A stretch of 64,000 nt of DNA from Tubulanus polymorphus (taxonomy: Eukaryota; Animalia; Nemertea): positions 24,948,560-25,012,559 of the forward strand of contig NC_134027.1 in NCBI RefSeq assembly GCF_964204645.1. The letters are read 5' to 3'. The notes beneath the pieces were generated by a model, which made no database searches, was not told the DNA's origin, and saw only the letters and a list, made by a program, of their open reading frames with translations. Made by a program: the position numbers and the translations under genes. Below, piece after piece: positions 61,955-64,000 of this stretch. How positions within the stretch are numbered: position 1 is the stretch's first letter; every line of letters begins with the position of its first letter.

Positions 61955-63179
61955 TATACGTGATTTGAATTTGACTTGAAGTTGAACGATTTAAATGTTC
62001 ATTCGAGAAGTCAAACCTACGAGACTTTTGGAACTAGGCCTTGCTTATTGTTTATTTGTACACAGGGTACCGGTGAATGCTTGTTTATAATATTAATACT
62101 CGGGTGATGTTTTTTAATTTATTTAAAACGTGCATAATGATGATGATTTAATTTGATTGTTATGTTAGTTGAGATTAGTGCTATAGATGATTATGTGTCA
62201 AAACCTGGAAGGTATTGTCGTTTCGTTATTACTAAGTCCATAAATCAAGCTGTTGATGTTTAAAATGCATATGCATATATTATTATCATTATCATAATCA
62301 TAGGGCCTGCTTACTTAATCATTGTTAAAATGTTCATCTTTTTGAAAACTGACTCATTGGGATAGTAATTAGGGTGGGTGCCTTTTTTTGGTGACGCACT
62401 TTGCACCGCAATCCTAGAAGATTTGATGAAAGAAGAGACGGTTTGTCAAGAGTTTATCAACCCGAAAGTTCGTCTACACCAGAGTAACACTTCTTTAAGG
62501 TTCAAGTTTTGCAGCAAAAGCTTTGTTGATAAGCCCGATACGCTAAGTGGGTCAAGTGCAATTTTCGGAAAAAAAATTCTAAACAGACGAAAAACAAAAA
62601 ATATTGAGTGATTTGGTCAGTGAACCGCCTCACTGAGTGATTCGGTTCCTATTGTCGGAGGTTTTTGCCCTTTGAGTCAGCTTCTAAAAGCCGATACTGT
62701 TCTATATCGTGCTCCCCTTGATCCATCCAATCTACTATCCGCCCAGTTGATGCATCTGATTATATAGATACATGATCCTTAACGAAAGGGGTGTTTATCC
62801 GTCTATATTATATGTCCATCCATGAATGATAAGTAGGCCACCGTTGGTTAGATTCCAGATCCAGTCTAACAGATAGTTCTGTCGGTTTGGTTTGACTCTG
62901 GGCCCACTAAACCTAAGTTAACTAATGTAGCCATAACAACACGAGCGTTCTTGACCAGGCGTTAAATTAGGTCCGTGCCTATCCATCAACTGGCCCCCAA
63001 TTGGTCGCTGACTGGTTGACACGGGCCAAGATTATCCAAACAGGTAAAGGTCGGACCAACTTTAGCCCCTGCCTTGGCAGTGACTTAATGGGTGCCTAAT
63101 TTGTGTATCGTATTGTCACAAGGATCGATTATTATCGATCTATAATACTCGATCCTTTCTGGTCGAATGCTAACGGTTC

Positions 63180-63335
63180 CGGAAGTGACTCACCTCGCTT
63201 GCCACGGCATCGTTTTGATAGTAGTTCGGTATCGAGTGATTTACGCGTGAACGCGCGGTTTGATAAAGCCCGGACCAAGTATGCGACCATGGTGTGGTCC
63301 GGACCTGTTTGACCCTGGCCAAATCGTCTTCCGTG
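63180..63335 (+). repeat. Interspersed repeat family (also ~46672-46880 and ~1765-1855)
   Basis: Shared AAGTGACTCACCTC.CTTGCCAC.GCATCG and CAAATCGTCT motifs. Confidence 0.6.
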
Positions 63336-64000
63336 CGATCGCCTCATTGTATTCGACACTTCTGTTGCCAACATTTCACGTAATGGTAATTCACCTAGTG
63401 TTTCCAATCGCTCGGCGTCATTACAAGGTACCGTGTCTTTCTGAATTTTATTCATAGCTTTTATAGTCACAATTTGCTGAAGCAAAAAAAAAATCCAAAA
63501 CATATAGTGGAATTATTGTTGTAATGTTGCCGATTATGAATCAATAAACTCAGCGTTGCTTTTAGGTTTTTGTGAGTTGCCTTGACTTTCAAGTTCATTT
63601 CATCATGAAACTGTTAAACAACAACAGTCTTGCTACTATTATTTTGGAAATTTAGACTTTTAAACTCGAGTGTTCGACTTAGCATTTCGAGATGCAGAAG
63701 AGAGATTTCGAGTTAAAATAGTCAAAATTTCGACTTAGAAACAAATCATACGGCCACAATGCTCTTCCGTTAACACACTCTCCATCGATGATAGATTTAT
63801 TTTCTTGACGTCTTGCAAACTGGCGCCTGGTAACTGGAAACTTCCCTTCTGAACGTCAACGAATTCGGCAGCATTGAGTGTAATCAATTCGATAATCTTA
63901 TAGTTTCCGAGCGAAAAATTAAACATTTTCAGCCGTTGTTTCTTACTTTGTTATGATCTGAAATTCTCATCAGAACCTTCTGTTGGATTTTATGTGTATT

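Noticed and set aside
63735-63926. 63-aa minus-strand ORF at the window end
   Set aside because: Protein-like composition, but there is an in-frame stop shortly upstream, no clear acceptor and no recognised domain. It cannot be supported without flanking sequence.

Overview
This is intron-rich, AT-rich animal (invertebrate-type) genomic DNA, not prokaryotic, so most short ORFs in the track are spurious or are single exons. Six protein-coding loci can be read by manual splicing: (1) the 3' part of an M13 neprilysin/ECE-like zinc peptidase (+, 632-9025); (2) a ZNFX1-like SF1 RNA helicase/NF-X1 zinc-finger gene with a ~6 kb exon (+, 11569-18133); (3) a GSAP/PION orthologue (-, 33623-19765); (4,5) two divergently oriented GT11 alpha-1,2-fucosyltransferase paralogues; (6) an unrecognised secreted, Cys-rich, probably GPI-anchored protein (+, 54454-61110). 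Introns and spacers hold many non-autonomous mobile elements (IS3EU-, P-, MULE-, Harbinger-, piggyBac- and Tc1-like MITEs, tRNA-derived SINEs, LINE and LTR relics). The most notable signals are these. The ZNFX1-like protein has a duplicated N-terminal helical domain, a five-repeat linker and an RZ finger lacking the catalytic Cys. Minimal hammerhead ribozymes occur in several Penelope-like insertions, one of them in the sense orientation just past the GSAP stop codon. There are apparent P-element excision footprints with 17-nt ends. The fucosyltransferase pair shows patchy divergence. All splice models and family assignments were made by eye and from memory of the families, without database searches.
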